Source of the DNA: an uncultured Lentisphaerota bacterium
Lineage (GTDB): Bacteria > Verrucomicrobiota > Kiritimatiellia > CAIQIC01
Direction: 5' to 3'
Length of the DNA stretch: 64,000 bases
Assembly: GCA_903889245.1 (NCBI GenBank)
Contig: CAISWQ010000100.1
Span: 37,260 to 101,259 of the forward strand
The translations under genes were made by a program, and so were the position numbers. Shown in pieces: positions 55,775-64,000 of the stretch (position 1 is its first letter; every line of letters begins with the position of its first letter). The notes under the pieces were generated by a model. The model saw only the letters and a program-made list of their open reading frames with translations, did not search any database and was not told the origin of the DNA.

Positions 55775-56821
55775 ATGAACATGTCGCACAGAAAATTCCC
55801 GTGGATACTCGGACTGTTGCTGGCGGCCGCCCTCGGCTGGCAGGCGTGTGCGGCGGTCGAGCCGGCCGCGCCGAAGAAAGCGCCGGCCGCCAAGAGCGAG
55901 GCGAAGAAAAGTTGGTCGCTGCCGGCGGGTGTGCGCGTCGAGCGCGACATCCTGTATGTGCCCGGCGGTGACGAGGCGCAGAAGCTCGACCTCTATCTGC
56001 CTGAACAACCTGACAACAAACCGCGGCCGCTACTGGTCTGGATTCATGGCGGCGGCTGGCGCGGCGGTAGCAAGGCGGGCGGGCCCTCGGCCGGGATGGT
56101 GGGCAAGGGTTATATCGCGGCGAGCGTGGAATATCGCTTCAGCCAGAAGGCGCTGTTCCCGGCGCAGATTCAGGATTGCCAGGCGGCGCTCCGCTGGCTG
56201 CGCGCCAACAGCAAAAAGTATGGGATTGATCCCGAGCGCGTCGGCGTCTGGGGCGGGTCGGCAGGCGGCCATCTCTCGGCGCTGGTGGGCACAGCCGGTG
56301 GCAAGCAGGCCTTCGCGCCCATCGGCGGCCACGCGGAGCAGTCGGACCGCGTGCAGGCGGTCTGCAACTTCTACGGGCCGGCCAACTTCACCTCGGTCAT
56401 GCAGCAGGCGGCTGACGACCAGAACGTCAAAAACATTTTCAAGTTCAACACGCCCACCGACCCCTATTCCGGCTTGATCGGCGTGGCGCTCGATACGGAC
56501 CGGAAGAAGACCGACGCAGTCAGCCCGGTGCATTACGTCAGCAAGGATTGCCCGCCGATGCTGATCCTGCACGGCATGAAGGACGCGCTGGTGCCGTATG
56601 CGCAGAGCGTGGAGCTGGCCGCGGCGCTGCGCGGCAAGGGCGTCGAGGTGCTGTTCCAGACGCTGCCCGGCGCGGGGCACGGCGGCCCGGTCTTCGGCAA
56701 GCCGGCGGTCAACACCATGATCGAAAAGTTTTTCGACAAGCACCTCAAGGGCGCCGACCTCAAGGTGGACCTGGTGCCCGAAGCCGAGGTGACCGTGCCG
56801 GGTGCGCCCGCGAAAAAGTAA
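55775..56821 (+). CDS. Secreted esterase/lipase (alpha/beta hydrolase, BD-FAE-like); paralog of 11947..13143 without the EF-hand tail
   Basis: Signal peptide; VWIHGGGWRGGSK; GVWGGSAGGHL; HGMKD; GAGHGG: collinear with 11947..13143. Confidence 0.8.
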   Translation: MNMSHRKFPWILGLLLAAALGWQACAAVEPAAPKKAPAAKSEAKKSWSLPAGVRVERDILYVPGGDEAQKLDLYLPEQPDNKPRPLLVWIHGGGWRGGSKAGGPSAGMVGKGYIAASVEYRFSQKALFPAQIQDCQAALRWLRANSKKYGIDPERVGVWGGSAGGHLSALVGTAGGKQAFAPIGGHAEQSDRVQAVCNFYGPANFTSVMQQAADDQNVKNIFKFNTPTDPYSGLIGVALDTDRKKTDAVSPVHYVSKDCPPMLILHGMKDALVPYAQSVELAAALRGKGVEVLFQTLPGAGHGGPVFGKPAVNTMIEKFFDKHLKGADLKVDLVPEAEVTVPGAPAKK

Positions 56822-56944
56822 GTCCGTGATTTCTGGAAGCCGAAGCTTGCTGGCGCAGACACGCCCAATCGTCCCGAGCCGATGTGAGCCGCCCACGCCC
56901 GACCAACAAACCCGGTAGCTCCACTCCACCGGCGGCGTATTTGT

Positions 56945-57035
56945 TCTCTGAATGTTCGGTGGGCGGGAGCTCCAGCTCCCGCGTTCATCAGGGTGCTTGT
57001 TTTTCGCAGGAGCCGGAGCTCCCGCCCACAAGCGG
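56945..57035. repeat. GC-rich long inverted repeat (GTGGGCGGGAGCTCCAGCTCCCGC ... GGAGCTCCCGCCCAC)
   Basis: Same GTGGGCGGGAGCT.CAGCTCCCGCCCAC palindrome family as at 23670..23705. Confidence 0.65.
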
Positions 57036-57046
57036 TCAACGTCCGG

Positions 57047-58360
57047 TCACCGTTTCTCCGGCCACGAGACGAGCCGCAACATCACCGGCTCCGGCAGCGG
57101 GCCGGTACGCGGGCGGTCGCGGTTGGCGGGCAGCGTCTCCCACGTCAGCATGTAGCGTTGGCCGGGCGGCGGCGTGCCGCTGTCGCCGGCGTTCTTTCGC
57201 TGCATCCCCGGAAACGGTGAATCCAGCTTGCCGAGACCACGCGGACCGGAACCATCGCGCGACGGCGGCTTCGCGCCGGGGATGGGCTTGAGCGTCGCCT
57301 CGTCGAGCACCCACACGCCCGCGCCGCGTCCGTAGCGATAGCCCAGCGTCAGCCTGCCCGCGCCCACCGGTTCCACCGCGCCGATGTGGACTTCGCCGAT
57401 GATCGAGCCGCCGCCACTGAAGACCCAGCGATAGCCCGTCCAGTCGCTGACTTGCACGCTTTTCCAGCCGGCCGCCTCGCGCCGCGCGGCGTAGATCTGG
57501 AGATCGCCGTTCTGGTCGTACTTGTGATAGGTGATGACCGGCCGCCCGGCGTTATCGAAACCGAGTTCGCGGTTCACGTTGATCAGTCCGCCTTTTGGCG
57601 GCACGGGGTCCACAATCTCGCCGGTTTGCAGGGTGATGGGCAGTGCGAGCGGTTTGCCGGCGGAGTCGGTCCACGTCACAAGATCATCGCTGCGCGCGTA
57701 GCTCAAATCGTGGTTGCTGGCGCAGTCCGGCGTGTTGCGCCAGACCCAGACCACGTGAAAGCGTCCATCCGGCCCAAGGCGCGGCACACTCGCATAGGCG
57801 TTCATCTTGCCGAGTCCACTCATCAGCGGCGTGGCGAGCAGCCGCGACCACTTGCCTGCTTTCTCGTCATAGACGTTATAGAGATCGTCGCCGCTGCCAC
57901 TGCGGCCGTCGCGGTAGCGGAAGATCAGGCGGCCCGTTTTATCGCGCAGAAAAACCGGATAGGTCACGCGCTGCTCGCGGTCGCCGGTCATCGGCAGCTT
58001 TTGCAGCGACGCCGCGTCGAGCGGCTTCGCGCTGCGGAAATAGACCAGCGGCACGCAGTGCATGTTGCCGGAAAGGTGCAGGTGGCCGGCGCGGTCGAGT
58101 ACCATGGTCACATAGTTGTGCGAATCCCAGCCCAGCGTCGAGGGCAGCTTGGTGATCGTCCAGTTTGTCGAGTTCAACGTGCGCTGCGCCACCGACATCC
58201 GCCGCTGTGCGTCGTAGTAGGCGGCGAACTGGTGCGGCGGGTGCGTCAGCAAGCAGAACCCGACCGGGTGCGCCGACCACACCGGCTCGAGATCCAGTTT
58301 GATGGTGTCCGCCGCTTGCGCCACGCCGAGCAGCACCCAAGCCCACAGAAAATTTTTCAT
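57047..58360 (-). CDS. Secreted BNR/Asp-box-like beta-propeller protein (BNR_4-like), function unknown
   Basis: Signal peptide MKNFLWAWVLLGVAQA; W/G/D-rich repeated blades (SGGGSIIGEVHIG..., DGRFHVVWVWRNT). Family call is tentative. Confidence 0.55.
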   Translation of the reverse strand: MKNFLWAWVLLGVAQAADTIKLDLEPVWSAHPVGFCLLTHPPHQFAAYYDAQRRMSVAQRTLNSTNWTITKLPSTLGWDSHNYVTMVLDRAGHLHLSGNMHCVPLVYFRSAKPLDAASLQKLPMTGDREQRVTYPVFLRDKTGRLIFRYRDGRSGSGDDLYNVYDEKAGKWSRLLATPLMSGLGKMNAYASVPRLGPDGRFHVVWVWRNTPDCASNHDLSYARSDDLVTWTDSAGKPLALPITLQTGEIVDPVPPKGGLINVNRELGFDNAGRPVITYHKYDQNGDLQIYAARREAAGWKSVQVSDWTGYRWVFSGGGSIIGEVHIGAVEPVGAGRLTLGYRYGRGAGVWVLDEATLKPIPGAKPPSRDGSGPRGLGKLDSPFPGMQRKNAGDSGTPPPGQRYMLTWETLPANRDRPRTGPLPEPVMLRLVSWPEKR

Positions 58361-58384
58361 GCGCGCAGTGTAGCGGCCGCGCAG

Positions 58385-58470
58385 CGTTTTCCAAGGATTG
58401 GAAAGCAGGCGGTGTGTTTTTTCCAAGCCTTGGAAAAAAATCAGGACGCTTTTCCAAGGCTTGGAAAGGT
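58385..58470. repeat. Palindromic repeat cluster 12 (3 copies)
   Basis: gttttccaaggattggaaagc / ttttttccaagccttggaaaaaaa / cttttccaaggcttggaaagg. Confidence 0.85.
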
Positions 58471-58490
58471 TCAGCGCGGCGGCCGCGGGG

Positions 58491-59498
58491 TCAGGCGAGC
58501 CACGGCCGCGGGCGGCCGGCCTGCGTGACGGCGGCGAGCGCCTTCGCGGCGATCTCGGTGTTCTCGACGACTTGGAAGTCGAACATGCCGACGCAGAGAA
58601 AATCGGCGCCGTTCTCGAAGCACCACTGGAACGCCTGGCGCGGATGAAGCGCGCCGGCGGCGAGCGTCTTGAACGCGATCCACGGCTTCTTCAGCTTCGC
58701 CATGTAGTCAATCGTCTCCTTGGCGTTCGTGCACCACATGTTGTCGTGATGGAGATTGTGGTCGGCCTTGTTGCCGTCAATCTCGTCGAAGGCGTGGCGG
58801 CCGGTCTCGGGCGTGGCGGACCAGTAGCTGTCCTTGTGCAGGGTCTTGACCCAGAAGTCGGGATCGAAGCCGGCTTCCACGCACTTGCGGACGGTCTCGA
58901 GGCTGTGCGCGCCGAGACCGCACGGCGTACCGAGGTCCTTCATGAAACTCACGATGCCCTCGAGTTCCTTCATCTGGCCGGTCTTGACCATCTTGTCGCA
59001 GATGCCGCCCTGGACATAGACGGCGTCGGCGCCGGTATCCACGGACAGCTTGATCGCGTCCTTGAGGTTGCCCGCGGCGCAGTCGCTGATCCACTGCATC
59101 TTGCCGCCGGCCTTGCGGTAGGCGTTGATGACGCGGTTGGAGACGGGATTGGTCAGCGCGGTGTTGATGCCGCGCTTCTCGGCGAGCAGGAAGGTCTCGA
59201 TGATCTTGTCATCGGTGTGATAGGCCTTGATCAGCGGCGAGACGTAGATCAGGTCACGGCTGTGCGCCCAGCCGCCGATGAGGTTGCCGCCGCAGATGAT
59301 GCGGCTGATTTCGAGGTCCTTGATCTTGCCCTTCGGCAGCGTCAGCGGCGGGATGTTGGCCGCGGGCGGGGCCGGCGGTTTGGCGGCGGCGACTTCCGCG
59401 CCGAGCGCCTGCTCCTCGTGACTGCCCAGCGCCAGCGCCGCGCCGCCGGCGACCAGGGAACGTTTGAGAAACCCGCGCCGACCGATGTTTTCCGTCAT
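58491..59498 (-). CDS. Tat-exported hypothetical protein (possibly a TIM-barrel sugar-phosphate isomerase/epimerase-like enzyme; unverified)
   Basis: Twin-arginine signal (RRGFLKRSLVAGGAALALG); no confident motif. Confidence 0.5.
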   Translation of the reverse strand: MTENIGRRGFLKRSLVAGGAALALGSHEEQALGAEVAAAKPPAPPAANIPPLTLPKGKIKDLEISRIICGGNLIGGWAHSRDLIYVSPLIKAYHTDDKIIETFLLAEKRGINTALTNPVSNRVINAYRKAGGKMQWISDCAAGNLKDAIKLSVDTGADAVYVQGGICDKMVKTGQMKELEGIVSFMKDLGTPCGLGAHSLETVRKCVEAGFDPDFWVKTLHKDSYWSATPETGRHAFDEIDGNKADHNLHHDNMWCTNAKETIDYMAKLKKPWIAFKTLAAGALHPRQAFQWCFENGADFLCVGMFDFQVVENTEIAAKALAAVTQAGRPRPWLA

Positions 59499-59571
59499 GG
59501 CTGTTTCCTTTCAACTCGGGGTGACACACCGCGCGGAAGCGTACTCCTCTTCCCCGGTGAATCAAGCGCGC

Positions 59572-60234
59572 TCACTCGGCGAGGCGGCGCAGGTGCAGCT
59601 TGCGGATTTCGCCGCGCGTCTGGTAGGTGGCCAGCCCCAGCGGCATGCAGTACTCGATCTCGCCGGCGCGCATGCCGAGGTGGTGCTCCTCGATCTCGAA
59701 GTTGACGATGCGGTCCTTGTCTATCCACGCCTCGATCTTCTCCGGCGTCACGCGCAGGCAGATTTGATACCAGCGCTGCTGCTCGAACTTGTAGGAATCG
59801 CTCGTGGAATTCTCGGAGGCGTCCATGTGGTCAATGCTGGAGATGCCGGTCAGGCTGCCGCCCCAGCCGCCGAGGACCAGCGTACAGGAGTTCGTGCCGA
59901 CCGGGAACGTCAGGCCGCAGAAGAAATCCGAGCCGCTGGTGCGCCGCGCCTCGAGCGTGATCTCGTAGTTCTGCGTCACCGTCTTGTTCGTATAGACGAG
60001 GCCGGTCAGGACATCGCCCGCGCCGATCTCCAGCACGCCGCCGGGAAGGATTTTCACCGGCCCCTCGCCGCCGAACGGAATCACCTTCCAGCCCGCGAGC
60101 GTCCGGCCGTCGAACAGTTCCGCGACCACGTTCGTCGAGGCTGGGATGACCTTGGCCTTCGCCGGCGCGTTTGTTTCCGCGCCCGTCGCCGCCACCGCAC
60201 ATAAAAAGGCACCCACCAGCAGCATGTTTTTCAT
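59572..60234 (-). CDS. DUF1080 / 3-keto-disaccharide-hydrolase-like (concanavalin-like jelly-roll) secreted protein
   Basis: Signal peptide MKNMLLVGAFLCAVAATGA; DUF1080-like segments (DGRTLAGWK..., NYEITLEARR, GWGGSLTGISS); start within track ORF 59572..60318. Confidence 0.72.
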   Translation of the reverse strand: MKNMLLVGAFLCAVAATGAETNAPAKAKVIPASTNVVAELFDGRTLAGWKVIPFGGEGPVKILPGGVLEIGAGDVLTGLVYTNKTVTQNYEITLEARRTSGSDFFCGLTFPVGTNSCTLVLGGWGGSLTGISSIDHMDASENSTSDSYKFEQQRWYQICLRVTPEKIEAWIDKDRIVNFEIEEHHLGMRAGEIEYCMPLGLATYQTRGEIRKLHLRRLAE

Positions 60235-60257
60235 AAAAGTTCCTCGCTTCGCGTCAA

Positions 60258-60310
60258 CCTTTCCAAGCTTGGAAAAAACACCGGTTCCGCTTTCCAATCC
60301 TTGGAAAATC
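60258..60310. repeat. Palindromic repeat cluster 13 (2 copies; first lacks the central base)
   Basis: ctttccaagcttggaaaaaa / ctttccaatccttggaaaat. Confidence 0.8.
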
Positions 60311-60314
60311 ACGC

Positions 60315-61154
60315 TCACCGTTCCTCGAGTTTGAAGCGGATGGGCAGCGTCAGATTGAGCGTCGCCTCGGGATTATGCACACCATTCCACGGCGGGAACG
60401 GCGCGGCGCGGCGGACGGCGGCGAGCGCGGCGCCGAGCAGCGCGCTGTCGTCGGCGGGCTCGTGGGCGGCGGAAGCCAGCAGCTTGCCGCGCGCGTCGAG
60501 TGTCAGCCGCAGTACGACGCGGCCCTCGGCGCCACGGCGCAGCGCGAGTTCGGGATAGCGCAGGTGCCGCGCGACGGCGGTGCGGACGGAATGGATGTAG
60601 GCCGGGTCGCTGACCTCCTCCGCGCCGCGACCGGACGCGCTGACCAATGCGGGATTCGTCGCGGCAGGCGGCGTGACGAGCGGCGCGGGCGCTGTTGTGC
60701 CCGCCACCGCGAGGCGCAACGGCGCTTGCACGGCGGAGGCGCTCTGCACAGGTTGCGCAACTGGCGCGGGTTTGGATTGGGCGACGGCTACGACGACGGG
60801 TTCCGGTTTCGGCGGCGGCATTTCTTTTTTCGGCTCTGGCGGCTGGGGCGGCGGTTCGGCCTGCCTGGGCGCGGGCGGTTCCGGCGTCAGGACGAAAACC
60901 GGCCGCTCGGTGACCAAGTCCACCTCATAGGTGCGCGCGACCTCGATCACCTTCGGCGTCCACGCGATGGCGATGCCGATGAGCACCGAGTGCAGCAGTA
61001 GCGAGAAGGCGAAACTTCGCCCGGCGGGGCGGGCGGTCTGGAGGGTGGGGTACACCACGCCGTTGATGGGCCGGGCCCACAGCATCCGCCGCGGTTTGGA
61101 GGGCTGCCGCTTCACACGTCGCGCGCAGGCTACCGTTTTCGTCATCGCAGTCAA
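60315..61154 (-). CDS. tonB: TonB-family energy transducer (TM anchor, Pro-rich spacer, TonB C-terminal domain)
   Basis: PEPP/PKPEP proline-rich linker; C-terminal YPELALRRGAEGRVVLRLTLDARGKL TonB-C signature. Confidence 0.7.
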   Translation of the reverse strand: MTAMTKTVACARRVKRQPSKPRRMLWARPINGVVYPTLQTARPAGRSFAFSLLLHSVLIGIAIAWTPKVIEVARTYEVDLVTERPVFVLTPEPPAPRQAEPPPQPPEPKKEMPPPKPEPVVVAVAQSKPAPVAQPVQSASAVQAPLRLAVAGTTAPAPLVTPPAATNPALVSASGRGAEEVSDPAYIHSVRTAVARHLRYPELALRRGAEGRVVLRLTLDARGKLLASAAHEPADDSALLGAALAAVRRAAPFPPWNGVHNPEATLNLTLPIRFKLEER

Positions 61155-61269
61155 GAGCGCTGACGCCGGGCCGCCGGTTCACCGAAAGAGAGCCCCTTGG
61201 CATCGGTAACCGGGACGGATGTAACCAGCAAGGTGATTCTGGCGTAGTGGTTGGCGAAAGGAACAAGGT

Positions 61270-63018
61270 ATGAGAACACGGTTTTTGGTGGGGGTTGGTC
61301 TGTTGACTTTGATGGGAACAGGTTGGGCGGAGTCGGCGGCGCAGGCGCTGCCGGCGCAGGCGGTCGCCGCGCTGGAAATTTTCCAGCCGCGCGCCGTGCT
61401 CGGCCCGCTGCTCGAACCGGCGACGCGCACGGCGCTCGCCGCCACGCCGGCGCTACAGCGCAGCACGAGCAAGCCGGGCTACCAGCAATTCCTCGGCGTG
61501 GTGCAGGCGCTGGAAACACAACTGGGCGCCGACTGGCCGACGGCACTGCAAAAGCTGACCGGTCGCGGTGTCGCGCTTGGCCTCTATCCGCAGGAGCGCG
61601 CGCTGTTCGTCGCCGACGCCGAGGACGCGCCGCTGCTCGGCAAACTGCATGCGCTGCTGTGGAACATGACGCAGAACCAGGCGGCGCTTTCCGGAAAGCC
61701 AAGCCCGGCCACGTCGCTGCCGCTCGGCGGCGCGATGGCCTACTCGCTCGGCAAGAACGAGGCGCACGTCATTCAGGGCGGCCGCCTGACGTGGGCGAAG
61801 AAGCTGGAGGATCTGGAAGCGGCAGCGCAGGCGCTACGGCAGAACGGCAGCCTTGCGACCGCACCCGCCTACCAGGCGGCGCGCAAGGCGGTCAGCGCCG
61901 ACGCGGCGGGCATGTTGTTCCTCAACATGCAGGCGCTGAAGCTCGCACCCGGTGTCGCCAAGGCGTTCAAGCCGGAGAGCGGCAATCCGCTCGGCGCGCT
62001 GATCTTCGCGGGACTCGGCGAGACCGCGGGCGCGGCCAACTGGATCGCGCTCGGCCTGCACGTGAAGCCGCACGGCCTCGAACTGCGGCTGGTTTCCGAC
62101 GCGCCGGTGCCGGCGGCACAGTCGCCCGCCGCCTTCGCGCTGCCGACCGCGCCGACCGAGGGCGCACTGCCGAACCTGAAGGTGCCGCGCCAGCTCGCCG
62201 CGCTGAGCCTCTACCGCGACCTGCACCGCTTCTACGCGGCGAAGGACCAGCTCTTCCCAGAACGCACGTCGGGCCTGATCTTCTTCGAGAACATGATGGG
62301 CATCTTCTTCAGCGGGCGCGACCTGACCGATGACGTGATGGCACAGGCGCAGCCCAACGTCCGCTTCGTCGCCGCGCAGCAGCAGTTCGATCCCGCGGCC
62401 GGCACGCCGGTTTACCAGCTCCCCGCCTTCGCCATCGTGCTGCAACTGCGGCACCCGGAAAAATTCCGTGAGTACGTCGAGGAGGCGTGGCAGAAGGCAA
62501 TCGGGCTGGCGAGCTTCACGCGCGGCCAGCGCGCGGAGCCGGGCTTCATCCTCGATCGCGCGCTGCACGGCGGCGTGCCGTTCACCTTCGCGCGCTTTTC
62601 CACCGCCTACGCCAAGGACCCCGCCCGACTCGACGTGCGCTACAACTTCCGCCCCGCGCTCGCGATGCCCGGCAACCAGTTGATCTTCGCCTCGACCGAT
62701 GGTGTCGCGCGCGACGTGATGGATGCGCTCGCCCGCGAGGGCCAGCAGCCGCAGGCGCCGCTGGCGCAAATCCACGGCGTGCTGGAGCTCGAGGGCGGCA
62801 AGGTCGCCGCCGCGCTGCGCGCCAACCGCGACTTCATGGTCCGGCAGAACATGCTCAAGGGCGGCGAGGTCAAGAGCAACGAGGAGCAGATTGATGGCCT
62901 GATCGGCCTCGCGGATTTCATCCGCACCGCGCGCCTGACCACCGGCGCACAGGGCGCGAAGCTGGATGTGGATTTCAACTGGCCGCCGCCCGCGGCGAAG
63001 CTCGCCTCAACCCCGTGA
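61270..63018 (+). CDS. Secreted hypothetical protein, 582 aa
   Basis: Signal peptide MRTRFLVGVGLLTLMGTGWA; protein-like composition; no motif assigned. Confidence 0.5.
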   Translation: MRTRFLVGVGLLTLMGTGWAESAAQALPAQAVAALEIFQPRAVLGPLLEPATRTALAATPALQRSTSKPGYQQFLGVVQALETQLGADWPTALQKLTGRGVALGLYPQERALFVADAEDAPLLGKLHALLWNMTQNQAALSGKPSPATSLPLGGAMAYSLGKNEAHVIQGGRLTWAKKLEDLEAAAQALRQNGSLATAPAYQAARKAVSADAAGMLFLNMQALKLAPGVAKAFKPESGNPLGALIFAGLGETAGAANWIALGLHVKPHGLELRLVSDAPVPAAQSPAAFALPTAPTEGALPNLKVPRQLAALSLYRDLHRFYAAKDQLFPERTSGLIFFENMMGIFFSGRDLTDDVMAQAQPNVRFVAAQQQFDPAAGTPVYQLPAFAIVLQLRHPEKFREYVEEAWQKAIGLASFTRGQRAEPGFILDRALHGGVPFTFARFSTAYAKDPARLDVRYNFRPALAMPGNQLIFASTDGVARDVMDALAREGQQPQAPLAQIHGVLELEGGKVAAALRANRDFMVRQNMLKGGEVKSNEEQIDGLIGLADFIRTARLTTGAQGAKLDVDFNWPPPAAKLASTP

Positions 63019-63025
63019 GGTCCCC

Positions 63026-64000
63026 ATGGCCGACGCCGACAAAGCCGCGCTCGATCCCCAATGGGCCTGGGCTCGCTACGCGCCCGACGCGCGCCGCCCG
63101 TGGACGCTCGCGCTCACCGGCCACCTCTTTCGCCGCGCCGCGTTCGGCGCGTCATGGCCACAGCTCCAACGCGCGCTCGCCGAGGGGCCGCAGAAAACGC
63201 TCGACGGCCTGCTGCGTCCCACAGCCGATGTCGCCGCGTTCAACCAGCAGTTCGATCACTACGAGACGCCGCCCGGCGACGACCGCAACGCCGCCGAGCT
63301 GCGCGCGTGGTGGCTCCAGCGGATGCTCCGCACGCCGCACCCGCTCCATGAAAAAATGACGCTGTTCTGGTCCGGCCACTGCGCCGCCAGCAACGCCAGG
63401 GCGGATAGCGCCCCGGCGATGCAGCGCCACCTGCAACTGCTGCGCCGCCACGCGCTCGGCGACTACCGCGCGCTGCTCGCCGGCCTCGTCCGCGACACCG
63501 CGCTGTTCGCCACGCACAACGCCAAGGCCAACCGCAAGGCGCAGCCGAATCCCGGCCTGCCGCGCTGGCTGCTGGAGGCGCACCTCGGCGCCGCCGCCGC
63601 GCCGGACTTGAACGAGGCCGCGCGCGCCTTCACCGGCTGGTTCATCTATAACGACGAGCTGCGCTTCATCGAGCGCGAGCACGATGCCGGCGCCAAGAAA
63701 ATCTTTGGCCGCACAGGCAACTTCGACGGCGACGAGGTCGCGCGCCTCGTGTTGGAACAACCGGCGGCCGCCGCGACGCTCGTCCGCAAGCTCTACCGCT
63801 GGCTGATCTCCGAGACCGCCGCGCCCGCCGAGGAACTGCTTGCGCCGCTGGTGGCCGCCTACGCGCAAAACTACGACACGCTCGCGCTCGTCGAGACGAT
63901 GCTGCGCTCGAACCTGTTTTTCTCGCCCGCAGCCTACCGCCAGCGCGTGAAGAACCCGGTCGAGTACGCGCTCGTCATCATCATGGGTTTGGAAAGCTCC
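63026..64000 (+). CDS. DUF1800-family protein (partial, 3' end beyond window)
   Basis: Translation MADADKAALDPQWAWARYAPDARRPWTLALTGHLFRRAAFGAS...LFWSGHCAASNA matches the DUF1800 pattern; the frame is open to the window end so it is not in the supplied ORF list. Confidence 0.6.
   Translation, partial: MADADKAALDPQWAWARYAPDARRPWTLALTGHLFRRAAFGASWPQLQRALAEGPQKTLDGLLRPTADVAAFNQQFDHYETPPGDDRNAAELRAWWLQRMLRTPHPLHEKMTLFWSGHCAASNARADSAPAMQRHLQLLRRHALGDYRALLAGLVRDTALFATHNAKANRKAQPNPGLPRWLLEAHLGAAAAPDLNEAARAFTGWFIYNDELRFIEREHDAGAKKIFGRTGNFDGDEVARLVLEQPAAAATLVRKLYRWLISETAAPAEELLAPLVAAYAQNYDTLALVETMLRSNLFFSPAAYRQRVKNPVEYALVIIMGLESS

Overview
High-GC (~65-68%) chromosomal window, probably from a PVC-superphylum bacterium (Verrucomicrobiota/Planctomycetota-like). 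Supporting features: a prepilin-type DUF1559 protein, Tat-signal Gfo/Idh/MocA oxidoreductases plus a DUF1080 protein, and an anti-sigma factor with a cyclase-like periplasmic domain. The window spans the replication-origin neighbourhood: an AT-rich candidate oriC, then dnaA and dnaN, followed directly by the mevalonate-pathway genes mvaS and mvk. Core genes include ettA, rpoN, rlmI, mntH, parB, a phospholipid head-group operon (dgkA-psd-pssA) headed by a B12-binding radical-SAM gene, an M48 peptidase and a TonB-like protein. There is an unusually large complement of secreted alpha/beta-hydrolase esterases (at least 7, including two paralogous pairs). Coordinates ~23.5-31.9 kb form an accessory/defence stretch. 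It holds vapBC bracketed by three copies of a 60-bp imperfect-palindrome element, a low-GC zinc-ribbon ORF, and a HEPN/MNT toxin-antitoxin pair. It also holds a RecQ-helicase-PRTase fusion next to a DprA-like gene (PsyrTA/ShosTA-type architecture) inside a ~3.6-kb insertion bounded by ~70-bp direct repeats that duplicate the 3' end of a uspA gene. A second low-GC island (17.6-19.95 kb) encodes an unusual radical-SAM/SPASM enzyme fused to a terpene-cyclase-like repeat domain, followed by a LamG-like protein. The most pervasive unexplained signal is a stop-codon-free perfect palindrome, TTTTCCAAG(S)CTTGGAAAA. About 33 copies lie in 13 mostly intergenic clusters, phased at ~31-33 bp within clusters. 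Caveat on coordinates: ORF coordinates come from the supplied track, with starts re-chosen from the protein sequence. Coordinates of non-ORF features were counted by eye and may be off by a few bp.
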